Part shown: in pieces, positions 1 through 11,827 of the stretch
How the letters are laid out: each line of letters opens with the position of its first letter
Numbering within the stretch: the stretch's first letter is position 1
Origin: an uncultured Candidatus Saccharibacteria bacterium
GTDB taxonomy: Bacteria; Patescibacteriota; Minisyncoccia; Phycocordibacterales; UBA2100
NCBI GenBank assembly: GCA_964399865.1
Contig: CAYNRJ010000001.1
Location: 394,050-458,049, forward strand
DNA length: 64,000 nt
Direction of reading: 5' to 3'
The notes under the pieces: generated by a model
What the model was told of the DNA's origin: nothing
Database searches by the model: none
Seen by the model: the letters and a program-made list of their open reading frames with translations, nothing else
Made by a program: the position numbers and the translations under genes

Positions 1-155
1 TTTAGGTCTTTAGAGTAGGTCTCAGCGCTCCCAGGAAAACCATACGTTGAAAGAGTACACTCCTCCGCAAAAGCGTGAGGATTCGGTATAAAAGCGCCAA
101 ACATAAGCAATACCTGTAAGCTACAGACAATCGCGGCGATTCTTTTTGCTCTCAT
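1..155 (-). CDS. 5' part of a secreted protein, truncated by the window edge (MRAKRIAAIVCSLQVLLMFGAFIPNPHAFAEEC...)
   Basis: Hand-translated open frame from ATG at 155 runs off the window; basic N-terminus, hydrophobic core, AFA signal-peptidase motif. Confidence 0.6.
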   Translation of the reverse strand, partial: MRAKRIAAIVCSLQVLLMFGAFIPNPHAFAEECTLSTYGFPGSAETYSKDL

Positions 156-286
156 GAATAGTTACGAATTAATAATAAGTAAATTGACGTATGTATAGTA
201 TAGCCTCTTTTCTGCATAAATGATTAATGACTATGCAGAGCACCGAAGGGATCGGTTCTATAGCCCGGCCTATAGAGATGCAATTC

Positions 287-2500
287 TTATCTATTACCAC
301 CTAGAAACGCCTGAATCGCAGTGAATATATTTGCGAAATTTCCTTCAGGAAGCACCGAGGACTGCCGGCGTAATGTAGGAATTGGTTTTATTGATTTAAT
401 GGTGAAGGTCTCGCTGTTTGCGCTTGCAAGAATGGTGGCATCAGCCGCATCGGGAGAACAATATCCGAAGCATGCATTTGAAGGCGTGTACACGTTCACC
501 CGAACGTAGAAGGATGTATTTCCGTCCTCGATCGCCTTTCGTAATCCTGTGCATCCACCATCGATCGCATCGGAGAAACTTCCATTGCAATTCTTTTGCA
601 CATCTATTGAAGCGACCGTACCGTTTCCATTTACTTTCTGTGACTTATGGACTCTGCCGTTTGAATCCACTAATTCGACATATGTGCCTGCCCCACGTGG
701 CATATTCTTTACACTCCATGTCGTAACAATTGTGTTTGCGTTCCTTAAGCTATGTCGTGCGTTTGGAGATTTCACAGTGATTGTGGGCTTTGTTACAGAT
801 TCAACGATCACCCTCACCGAAACCGAGCATAGCGCATTGGACCTGCCTGCCGATATTCCCCCATCTACGATTTGAAACGTTTCGGTAAACGGCTCCTTCC
901 CTGTGGAAGCAGTCCATTTCATTGATCCGCTCGGCGCAATCTCAACTAGTCCGCCTGCTTTCACGATTTGATTCATGACTGGGTTCGTAATATTTTTTGT
1001 CATCCACGAAAGCGTGTAGGTTTCTCCAGGCTTCACTGCGGTTTTATTCGCACGTATAGAGCAGCTTACCCCTGAGCCTGTGTCTTGCACCTTTTCATAC
1101 AGCCGAAATGGCGCGCTTTCCCCGATTGCGAGAATTGGACCATCCTTTCCGTTTGGTTCCCCCGCTCCTACAATCCTTACGATGGCTTGATACGTACCTG
1201 GGGCAATATCGTAGCCCGGCGTGCGAACAAATGAATCGCTTATGCTTTTTATTTGAAGTTGATCGCCCAAATTTTCAACCTCGGAACAACTGCCTTCATC
1301 AGGGAACGCGAACTCTTTACCTGAAGTCACATTTTCTTGCAGCGTGATGCAAGCTCTACTGCCCACAGGAAGATTCGAAGGAATTACCCAGCTGACAGTA
1401 ATCAATTCTCCGTATGCATATGCCGCTCCAGAAGAAGGGGCGGTAACTTGTATGGATTGAGGGTTGCCCCCTGGAGTGCTGTTTCCTCCAATTATGTGGC
1501 GACCATTGGAGACAAGGTCCCCGGGACCAAAAGATGTGAGAGATAGGCCAGATGCTGTGTCTACTGCGCGAAACCCTTCATTTGAATCGATAGACGCATG
1601 TACAACTTTTCCGATTATCGCTCCTTCTGCAACTGAGGGAATATCAACAAGAACATCAACGCTTTGTTGAGTATCTTTAGGAATATAAAAATTTAGTCCC
1701 GTAAATGTGGCGGTCGCCTGGGTCTGCGATCCCGCAGGTACTACAAGGTACGCTGTTCGTGTCTCGCCCACGCCTGATTGGGTTTTATATCGTAGGGATA
1801 CAGAGGAAACCGACTGAACTCCATCTCTTGGAATCTTCACTTTGAGCTCTTGGACAAAATAGTTCGTGTTTCGCGCAATAAATTCGAATTTCCCGACTGG
1901 ATTAAGAGAAGACCCGGGAATAAGTGTGGAGCTAAGCGGATCCGCACTACTGACTCTTGCTGAGAGTGAGCCGCTACCAATTGTGATTGTCTGGAGCACT
2001 ACATCTGAGCCGATAGTAACAGGTTGCGCTGAAATAACACCCGCACCGCCAGTTGAGTCATCAAGCGTTGCTATGAATGCTCCGGCACTCGCACTAGACT
2101 TGATGGTACCAATAAGATCAATGGTTTTTATATTCCCAGCTGGAATCGTATAGCTGACAGAAAATATATTGTCCCCTTCTTCATTTGCGCTACCGACTGG
2201 AGAGACTTTCGTTGAACCGAGTTGGGTGCCCGTTGCTGCGTCCACAATACGTAAGTTCGTGATTGCAGTAGCTTCTGTCACAGAGAGGTTAATTGCTATC
2301 GTGTTGATATTTATATTTTCTGCGGAACCTGCGCTGAGGGTGAAAGACCCGAGTTTTGTGTTGGCAACGCCAGCAACCATTGTCTGATTACTGAAGCCCG
2401 TATACTTCGCGGCTATGAGGCCTGGTGTTTGTGCCAACGTTACCAATGGAGAGCCTAAAAAAAGGGCCGCAATTACGAGGACGCTTGCTTTGTTACACAT
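287..2500 (-). CDS. large secreted/surface protein with beta-rich (Ig/S-layer-like) domains
   Basis: 737-aa ORF, signal peptide, S/T/G-rich beta-strand pattern, paired Cys, amphipathic C-terminal helix. Confidence 0.7.
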   Translation of the reverse strand: MCNKASVLVIAALFLGSPLVTLAQTPGLIAAKYTGFSNQTMVAGVANTKLGSFTLSAGSAENININTIAINLSVTEATAITNLRIVDAATGTQLGSTKVSPVGSANEEGDNIFSVSYTIPAGNIKTIDLIGTIKSSASAGAFIATLDDSTGGAGVISAQPVTIGSDVVLQTITIGSGSLSARVSSADPLSSTLIPGSSLNPVGKFEFIARNTNYFVQELKVKIPRDGVQSVSSVSLRYKTQSGVGETRTAYLVVPAGSQTQATATFTGLNFYIPKDTQQSVDVLVDIPSVAEGAIIGKVVHASIDSNEGFRAVDTASGLSLTSFGPGDLVSNGRHIIGGNSTPGGNPQSIQVTAPSSGAAYAYGELITVSWVIPSNLPVGSRACITLQENVTSGKEFAFPDEGSCSEVENLGDQLQIKSISDSFVRTPGYDIAPGTYQAIVRIVGAGEPNGKDGPILAIGESAPFRLYEKVQDTGSGVSCSIRANKTAVKPGETYTLSWMTKNITNPVMNQIVKAGGLVEIAPSGSMKWTASTGKEPFTETFQIVDGGISAGRSNALCSVSVRVIVESVTKPTITVKSPNARHSLRNANTIVTTWSVKNMPRGAGTYVELVDSNGRVHKSQKVNGNGTVASIDVQKNCNGSFSDAIDGGCTGLRKAIEDGNTSFYVRVNVYTPSNACFGYCSPDAADATILASANSETFTIKSIKPIPTLRRQSSVLPEGNFANIFTAIQAFLGGNR

Positions 2501-2618
2501 GAGGAGTGAGTACTAAGGGTTAGTAAGTACACTAAATAATTGCATGATTCTTGACCTTTTTTGCGCCCGTTTGTCGCTTTACGGGGATAACTCTATCCCC
2601 CATGGTACGATTTCGTTT

Positions 2619-2951
2619 ATGGAAGACGTCGGAGGAAAGAGGGTTGAGAACATCTCCGAATTGCGAGAGAAGCGAACTTTACTACAACAACTTGATCAGG
2701 CATCACGAGCACTAGCTCTCGCCTCCTCAGGAAATGGAATGAGAGGTCAGCCTAATGCTGAACAACGCGTTGATCTCGCTAACGCGAGCAGTCATATCGA
2801 AAAAGTGCGCGCAGATATCAGTTCGCGCCCTCTCGAAAAGACAGATAGTCCGTCGATTGCGACTACTATGATGTTCATTAAAGCAGGTCTTGCTTCGTAC
2901 CTATCCGACGAACAGTTCATACAAATCTTTGGTACCGATAACCTGGCTTAA
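2619..2951 (+). CDS. hypothetical protein
   Basis: ORF 2544..2951; ATG 2619 preferred because TACGAT -10-like hexamer lies just upstream. Confidence 0.5.
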   Translation: MEDVGGKRVENISELREKRTLLQQLDQASRALALASSGNGMRGQPNAEQRVDLANASSHIEKVRADISSRPLEKTDSPSIATTMMFIKAGLASYLSDEQFIQIFGTDNLA

Positions 2952-2954
2952 AAC

Positions 2955-3088
2955 CGGAGCCACCACGCTCCTTGGAAACCCTCAGTTTTCCAACGCTCGC
3001 TATCGCTCGCTGCCTTCCGACACGGGGAAACAAATGTTTCCCCGACCCCCTTCTCGCGAGGTGTCTCCTCGTTACATTTCATTACACT
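2955..3088 (-). repeat. tRNA-Thr(CGT) 3' trailer cassette (type A core)
   Basis: 2955-2964 equals 3089-3098 (tRNA 3' end); 3052-3068 is an inverted copy of the tRNA 3' end (15/17); hairpins shared with 3844-3987. Confidence 0.75.
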
Positions 3089-3091
3089 CGG

Positions 3092-3164
3092 AGCCACCTC
3101 GCGGGATTGAACCGCGGACCCCGTCTTTACGAAAGACGTGCTCTACCAACTGAGCTAAGGTGGC
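3092..3164 (-). tRNA. tRNA-Thr(CGT)
   Basis: Cloverleaf GCCACCT/AGGTGGC, anticodon arm CGTCT-TTCGTAA-AGACG, GGTTCAATCC T-arm. Confidence 0.97.
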
Positions 3165-3191
3165 GTTACGGCACACTATAACTGTCTTAAG

Positions 3192-3812
3192 CTACTTTCT
3201 CAACGCTTTGCGTCGTTTGAAACGCCCGTAAATCTCTGCGATTACCACCCCACCTATTGCTCCGACCGCGTTGAATACTAGGTCTAGTGAAGTATTAATG
3301 TAACCTCCGACACCTGTCGAGGTAGAGTAGATGACTGCGATAAATTCTACGATCTCATTTAAGGTCCCCATTCCCATCGCGACACAGACAGATATCACCC
3401 CCACCCAGAAAGGACGGATCACCTTTGGTACATCCCGGAGAAATAGGTGCCGAACCAACACAGCAGTAACTCCGAAACCGAACGCATGGACTATCTGATC
3501 AAATTTAAGGATCGTAAATTCACCCCCATCGGTAAAGATTGGGAGCACCACATACGCGTAGAGCGCCTCCCCATCTATTTTTAATCCTCCACCAAGCATG
3601 TGGACTAAGCCCCATACCGAGAGAAGCCACAAAAGCCATATGGGTAGATGGGATACTTTGAATGTCGCGCAAATGAATATCGTGAAAAATAGAAGAATGG
3701 CAATGTACCAGAGAAATTCATAATTTCCTGCGCGAACGAAGAAAAGACCTGCAAGACTCACGTAGGCAAGCGTGAAGATCAGAATGATCCAGTGATGTTT
3801 GTTTAACGCCAT
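3192..3812 (-). CDS. integral membrane protein, DUF2238-like
   Basis: About 6 TM helices; FDQIVHAFGFG, NEIVEF and DLVFN motifs. Confidence 0.75.
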   Translation of the reverse strand: MALNKHHWIILIFTLAYVSLAGLFFVRAGNYEFLWYIAILLFFTIFICATFKVSHLPIWLLWLLSVWGLVHMLGGGLKIDGEALYAYVVLPIFTDGGEFTILKFDQIVHAFGFGVTAVLVRHLFLRDVPKVIRPFWVGVISVCVAMGMGTLNEIVEFIAVIYSTSTGVGGYINTSLDLVFNAVGAIGGVVIAEIYGRFKRRKALRK

Positions 3813-3843
3813 GGTTAATCAATTGTATACGATATCTTTCCCG

Positions 3844-3987
3844 TGAGCCGATGTCCGGGAAAGAACCCCTGGGAAACCCACGGTTTTCCCAATCCTGCCT
3901 CTCGGCAGGCCTTCTTCCACGGGGAAACTACAGTTTCCCCGACCCCCTTCGTGTTCAATCCCGAAAGAGTTGTCTCATGATAAATCA
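3844..3987 (-). repeat. tRNA-Thr(GGT) 3' trailer cassette (type A core)
   Basis: 3844-3860 equals 3988-4004 (17 nt); 3953-3963 GTTCAATCCCG is an inverted T-arm copy; 3918-3950 resembles 3021-3053. Confidence 0.8.
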
Positions 3988-3989
3988 TG

Positions 3990-4062
3990 AGCCGATGTCC
4001 GGGATTGAACCGGAGACCTCGTCATTACCAATGACGTGCTCTACCAACTGAGCTACATCGGC
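3990..4062 (-). tRNA. tRNA-Thr(GGT)
   Basis: GCCGATG/CATCGGC acceptor; anticodon arm CGTCA-TTGGTAA-TGACG. Confidence 0.97.
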
Positions 4063-4098
4063 GCTATTGTCCGAGGATGATAGCACAGAGGCCCTCCC

Positions 4099-4761
4099 CT
4101 ACGGAAATACCACGTATTCACGCAGTGTCTCAATATCCGGTGCGATAGCAGCTTCCGTAATGTCTTCGGGGGCTATAGTCGCATTTTTAAAAACCTGTCT
4201 CTCTAATTCATGTGCGGCTTCCGCGAGTTTTTCAAACCCCTCATCTGTTTCGTAGTACGGTCGTTTCATCCTCGTGTCTTGGTACCGAGCCTTCCCTTCC
4301 GCGAGTCGGCCTCTAAGTGACAGAACACCGTGCGGTCCCACTCTTGTATCAGCATACTCGGCTATCTTTTGCTCGAGATCATCACCAGAAACTATTCTCC
4401 CGATATTTGAGTATCCAATATTTGAAAGCAGCTTAATGACGCGTTCCGGCAAACCAATCTCTTTTGCAATTTTAGCGGTTGCTGTGTGATGATCGGAACT
4501 ATACTTTTTTACAAATTCTCTCTTGACTAGCTCCCAATGAGAGAGACCTTCGGGTTCGGTAGAATCCGGAAAATATTTGAGGTCTGATTTGATGATGTTC
4601 CCCATATCATGAAAGAGGCACGCAAGAATGATCGACTTACTATCGAGTGATTTTTCGTAGCTCTCACATACCATCTTTGCGACCGCCGCAACGCGTAGCT
4701 GATGCAATTGCAGCATGGGCATTATTTGGTACGCAGTGTAAAAATCCTGTGGGGTTTTCAT
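4099..4761 (-). CDS. HD-domain phosphohydrolase
   Basis: H..RVA, LFHDMG and YADTR motifs. Confidence 0.8.
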   Translation of the reverse strand: MKTPQDFYTAYQIMPMLQLHQLRVAAVAKMVCESYEKSLDSKSIILACLFHDMGNIIKSDLKYFPDSTEPEGLSHWELVKREFVKKYSSDHHTATAKIAKEIGLPERVIKLLSNIGYSNIGRIVSGDDLEQKIAEYADTRVGPHGVLSLRGRLAEGKARYQDTRMKRPYYETDEGFEKLAEAAHELERQVFKNATIAPEDITEAAIAPDIETLREYVVFP

Positions 4762-4770
4762 CTAGGGATT

Positions 4771-5229
4771 CTACTCTTTTTTTTCCTTTTTTTGAACCAT
4801 CATCAGCATCTGGTCACCATACCCAGGCGGCTCAATATCCTTCCATCTTTCAATGAAATCTTTTTTGTCGACTCTGTATCCTTCACCATGCCATGGGTCG
4901 TTTAGCACTACGGTGCTCGTGGTAACGCTCGTCACGAGCGCATAGTGCGGATCCCCTCCCTTTTCGATATATCCCACGATCACGAGACCCTTGCCAAGCG
5001 CATCTCTTATCTCATTCCACTCTGCATGATTTTTATAGGAAGCAGTAAGACCGCGGCGAGAAAAGAATGCCTGAAGCGCTTCTACACGAGTCCCTGTCAG
5101 ATCACTCGTCTTAAGTTCTGCTGCAATTTCGGATTGAGCTGCACGCTCTCCAAAATGCGTGAGCACCATCTGTGCCACTGCTGGAGCGCAGAAATATTCG
5201 GTCTCTTGTCGTACATATGAGGAATTCAT
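4771..5229 (-). CDS. C39-like cysteine peptidase
   Basis: Q..YFCAPA catalytic Cys, HYALV, NDPW. Confidence 0.8.
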   Translation of the reverse strand: MNSSYVRQETEYFCAPAVAQMVLTHFGERAAQSEIAAELKTSDLTGTRVEALQAFFSRRGLTASYKNHAEWNEIRDALGKGLVIVGYIEKGGDPHYALVTSVTTSTVVLNDPWHGEGYRVDKKDFIERWKDIEPPGYGDQMLMMVQKKEKKE

Positions 5230-5249
5230 ATGTACTCATTATATATACT

Positions 5250-5444
5250 GCGCGGTCGAAGGGATTTTCCTTCGCCTCTCCCCTCGCCGTCGCTCGGGTC
5301 GGTCTAGGCACCGCCTCGCGATTTTGCCTGCTGGCAAAATATCGCTCCGGCGTTCAAATCCCTTCCGCGAGTAAAGCAGTTCACTCGCTCTGACCGACTC
5401 CATAACGCAAAATCGGATGCCGATTTGGCATCCGATTTTGACGT
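5250..5444 (-). repeat. tRNA-Asp 3' trailer cassette (type B, CAGCAG core)
   Basis: 5250-5267 equals 5447-5464 (18 nt); 5352-5365 is an inverted T-arm copy; core 5311-5351 matches 5982-6022 at 40/41. Confidence 0.85.
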
Positions 5445-5522
5445 TGGCGCGGTCGAAGGGATTTGAACCCTCGATCTTCCCCGTGACAGGGGGATGTGTT
5501 AACCGGGCTACACCACGACCGC
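5445..5522 (-). tRNA. tRNA-Asp(GTC)
   Basis: GCGGTCG/CGACCGC acceptor, TCCCC-CTGTCAC-GGGGA, encoded CCA. Confidence 0.97.
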
Positions 5523-5568
5523 ATCTCTACAAACGGGCGCATTCTAGCAGAATATTCTCTCCCTGTCT

Positions 5569-5645
5569 TGGTGCCGGGGGACGGAATTGAACCGTCGACC
5601 TTAGCTTTATGAATGCTATGCTCTAACCAACTGAGCTACCCCGGC
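5569..5645 (-). tRNA. tRNA with CAT anticodon (elongator Met more likely than Ile2)
   Basis: GCCGGGG/CCCCGGC acceptor, loop TTCATAA, encoded CCA; A31:A39 mismatch. Confidence 0.9.
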
Positions 5646-5726
5646 GGTTTGCCTACGATACCAGGTTATCCCTGCGTCCTCAACACTTGAGCGCACTCCA
5701 ATTACAGAGCACGCTATAATTACGTC

Positions 5727-5915
5727 ATGGGGAATTTTTGGAATCTTGTGCTCACCATCAATTCAGTACTCTTGGCTGCCGCGACTGTTTTCCTCGTTTA
5801 CTCAACGGGGATGATGCTTATCTTCCTAGAGTGGCAACGATTCGTTGTCGCCGTTGTGACTTTCATCGTACTCGTAGGTATAGAACTCGCAATCGCGGGG
5901 GTTCTACATAATTAA
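5727..5915 (+). CDS. small two-TM membrane protein
   Basis: 62 aa, hydrophobic; TATAAT at 5715-5720, 6 nt before the ATG. Confidence 0.7.
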   Translation: MGNFWNLVLTINSVLLAAATVFLVYSTGMMLIFLEWQRFVVAVVTFIVLVGIELAIAGVLHN

Positions 5916-5919
5916 AACT

Positions 5920-6117
5920 TGTTGCGGGGGCGGGAATTTTCACAACTCTCGGCTCGCCGCCGCTCACCTCGGTCGCGAACCCCGCCTCGCGATTTTGCCT
6001 ACTGGCAAAATATCGCTCCGGCCTGCAATTCCCGACGCGAAGTGTGCAGACACTTCGCTCCCCCGCTCAAGTAGCGAATAGAGAAAAATCCCGACAAGCG
6101 GGATTTTTCTCTATTCG
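5920..6117 (-). repeat. tRNA-fMet 3' trailer cassette (type B core)
   Basis: 5920-5938 equals 6118-6136 (19 nt); 6024-6034 TGCAATTCCCG is an inverted T-arm copy; 19-bp perfect hairpin at 6075-6117. Confidence 0.85.
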
Positions 6118-6119
6118 TG

Positions 6120-6191
6120 TTGCGGGGGCGGGAATTGCACCCGCGACCTTCAGGTTATGAGCCTGACGAGCTACTACTGCTCCACCCCGCT
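6120..6191 (-). tRNA. initiator tRNA-fMet(CAT)
   Basis: A1:A72 mismatch, GCGGGG/CCCCGC acceptor, GAGC/GCTC D-stem, loop CTCATAA. Confidence 0.92.
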
Positions 6192-6232
6192 GCGGGATAA
6201 TGTACTACAAAAGTGGCGCTACGTACACCGCT

Positions 6233-6940
6233 TTAATGGACGTATCCGAATTCTTTCAGCACTTCTGTGTAGAGTCCGATAACGCGACGCGCTTCGCGTG
6301 ATGTTAGCGTATGCGCCGAACCATCGTGCGCAATGCGATTACGGATCTTGTGCGCCTCCCACGCAAGATCGATCGTATTAAAGTTCGCCCGATCCACTTG
6401 TTTCATCTTATCTGCCATCGTCTCCCCTTTGTACCCTTGCACATCGAGTAGTTCATTGAGAAGAATATCGGCCTCAAGTATGGCTATGCGCCAATCATGC
6501 TCTGCATCGGAGCGAGAATGTTCGAGAATTTTTGCCCAGCGAAGCTGTGTTTTAGAAACATCTTTTGCTTCCACTGGTCTTTGTACTGCGCGAAATGCTG
6601 CCTCTTCTTTTCTACGAAGAAGCATCACTCGAACCAAGCAGTACACCGAGACCATTAGGAATGGGAGCGACAAGAGAAGCGAAATGAGTACGAAGACGGA
6701 CCAACCTTGGACTAACATGTCATACGCACCATCACTAGATACGCGCTGAAGGAGATCAGAAAAGCCGCCCGGATACACCGGTTGCGCAAGTTCTCCTAGG
6801 TCGAGAGTCGTAGTTCCTACGCTAGGGTCTGCGGTTCCGGCGACCGTAGCGACCATTCCTGGTATCCACTTGAAAAGGATCTCACCAAGAAAATCTAGTC
6901 CGTATCCAAAGGAATCCGGTATCGTCGGATCTGGTTGCAT
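6233..6940 (-). CDS. membrane-anchored hypothetical protein
   Basis: One TM then AILEAD...WEAHKIRNRIAH helical domain; -10 TATACT just upstream. Confidence 0.75.
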   Translation of the reverse strand: MQPDPTIPDSFGYGLDFLGEILFKWIPGMVATVAGTADPSVGTTTLDLGELAQPVYPGGFSDLLQRVSSDGAYDMLVQGWSVFVLISLLLSLPFLMVSVYCLVRVMLLRRKEEAAFRAVQRPVEAKDVSKTQLRWAKILEHSRSDAEHDWRIAILEADILLNELLDVQGYKGETMADKMKQVDRANFNTIDLAWEAHKIRNRIAHDGSAHTLTSREARRVIGLYTEVLKEFGYVH

Positions 6941-6957
6941 TCGATTAGTATATCAAG

Positions 6958-8367
6958 TTAGCGACGCTCAATGTCCTTACCTATCTCGAACAGTGTATTC
7001 TCCCCTCTCATCGGAGCGATGAGCTGGAAACCTACAGGCAATTTCTTTCCATCCCGCTCTACAGTGCCCGCTGGGACGGAGATCGCAGGCACGCCTGCAA
7101 GGTTTGCGGTCACACTGAAAATATCCTCCGCATACATCGCGAGCGGATCATTTGCCTTCTCTCCAATTTTGAATGCAGGACCAGGAGAAGTTGGAAGTGC
7201 GATCGCATCCACACTCTTAAAGGCCGTATTGAAATCCGATCTGATGAGCTCACGTACAGTACGAGCTTTGCGATAGTACGCATCTGAGTAGCCAGATGAA
7301 AGTACGAATGTGCCAATGAGAATTCGACGACGAACTTCCCTTCCGAATCCTACGCCTCGAGTTTTTGTGTATACATCTTGGATGGCTTCTGCCGGGACAG
7401 ATAATCCGTATCGAATACCGTCATATCTCGCAAGATTTGTTGAAACTTCTGCGGGACAAATGACGTAGTACACAGGAAGAGAGAACGGCAGGTTCGGCAT
7501 CTCAATGTCTTGTATTTCGTACCCAGCACTCTTTAGATCCTCTAATGTCTTTTCGAAAATCTTGAGTACTTCTGGTTCAACGCCTGCCTTAAGAAATTCT
7601 CGTGGCACTCCGATTTTCTTTCCCGTTCCAGTCAGTTGATAGTCGGCTATTGAGGTACTATCGTTCGAGTCATGCCCGCGTATTGCCTCAAACAATATCT
7701 TCGCATCCTCCACGGTCTTAGTAAGTGGTCCTATCTGATCAAGAGACGAGCCCATCGGCATTAGTCCGAATCGAGATACAGAACCATACGTAGTCTTGAG
7801 ACCAGCGATACCACAATGTGATGCGGGTTGTCTGATAGAACCTCCCGTATCAGATCCGAGGGCAGCGAGCGCCATATTGCCGGCAACAGCCGCTGCTGAC
7901 CCGCCGGATGACCCTCCCGGCACACGCGATGGGTCTATCGGATTACGAGTTGGACCAAACGCTGAATTCTCCGTGGAACTTCCCATCGCCATTTCATCCA
8001 TGTTAGTTCTGCCGAGAAAGACAGCGCCCTCGGCCTTCAATTTCTTTGTGACCGTTGCATCATATGAGGCTCTGTAATTCTCCAATATTTTAGAAGCTGA
8101 GCTTGCGATGCGTCCTTCAATAAGAATATTGTCCTTCATTGCAATGGGAATCCCGGTAAGAGGCTTCTGTTCACCACGAGCTATCATTTCATCAGCTCTT
8201 TTTGCCTCTTCTCGCGCAGAGTCTGCCCACACTTCAAGGTAGGCGTGAATTTCTTTATCCTTTTCTTCAATAGCAGCTAAATACGCGTTCGTGAGGTCGA
8301 GCGCAGAATACTCTTTAGCATCGAGTGCCTTTCGTGCTGCAGCAATTGTTAAAGTTCCAAGGTCCAT
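6958..8367 (-). CDS. gatA: Asp-tRNA(Asn)/Glu-tRNA(Gln) amidotransferase subunit A
   Basis: Amidase signature GGSSGGSAAAVA, GSDTGGSIRQPA. Confidence 0.97.
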   Translation of the reverse strand: MDLGTLTIAAARKALDAKEYSALDLTNAYLAAIEEKDKEIHAYLEVWADSAREEAKRADEMIARGEQKPLTGIPIAMKDNILIEGRIASSASKILENYRASYDATVTKKLKAEGAVFLGRTNMDEMAMGSSTENSAFGPTRNPIDPSRVPGGSSGGSAAAVAGNMALAALGSDTGGSIRQPASHCGIAGLKTTYGSVSRFGLMPMGSSLDQIGPLTKTVEDAKILFEAIRGHDSNDSTSIADYQLTGTGKKIGVPREFLKAGVEPEVLKIFEKTLEDLKSAGYEIQDIEMPNLPFSLPVYYVICPAEVSTNLARYDGIRYGLSVPAEAIQDVYTKTRGVGFGREVRRRILIGTFVLSSGYSDAYYRKARTVRELIRSDFNTAFKSVDAIALPTSPGPAFKIGEKANDPLAMYAEDIFSVTANLAGVPAISVPAGTVERDGKKLPVGFQLIAPMRGENTLFEIGKDIERR

Positions 8368-8368
8368 G

Positions 8369-11236
<2,868 letters not shown>

Positions 11237-11240
<4 letters not shown>

Positions 11241-11827
11241 GTACCACTTCCATCTTCTACCCATCGATAGAGATTCTCAGAGATGGTAAATGATCGAACC
11301 TGGAAAGATCCCGATTGCCAGGAAACCGTGACGGAAACTCTCACTTCATCGGTACCCGCTCCTACGAACTGTGCTGAGACAGAACGCGTGAACCTTGTAT
11401 TCGTCCAACCTTGGCCATTTCCGCAATTACTCGTAGGCCACGGACAGCTTGGACGATACCCATACAGGTTTCCGTCTGTCTGAAGTGGTGGACACACTCC
11501 CGAGGGGCAAGAATGCATGCTGTCGTCACGAGTATCCACGACGAATGCAGCGCCGTTCGTCGAAGGAACACCTGTCAGAAGATCAATCGACGCCCCAAGA
11601 GCATTCTGGAGAATATTTCCATCACGGACATGGCGTACAGTTTCCACCGCTTCTTGTGCGAGGTGGAATGCAGTAACTTGGTCGCGCGCATAGTACGCGG
11701 TCGCAAGACTTCGTGCGGTGAGTGTCATCGCTGAGGCGACTGCGGTGGTTAGAAGCGTTATGGCAACGAGAGTTTCTATCAAGGTAAACCCTCGTGCGCT
11801 CTGTCGTAGTACTAGTGTTTTTTTCAT
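11237..11827 (-). CDS. type IV minor pilin (PilV-like)
   Basis: RG|FTLIETLVA N-methylation motif. Confidence 0.88.

Noticed and set aside
2890-5393. Short ORFs 2890-3153, 2972-3181, 3851-4051, 5111-5311, 5159-5374 and 5172-5393
   Set aside because: They overlap tRNA genes and GC-rich cassettes; typical shadow ORFs.
2955-6136. Prophage or genomic island att sites at the tRNA 3' duplications
   Set aside because: The repeats enclose only 135-200 non-coding bp and there is no integrase in the window; reported as trailer cassettes instead.
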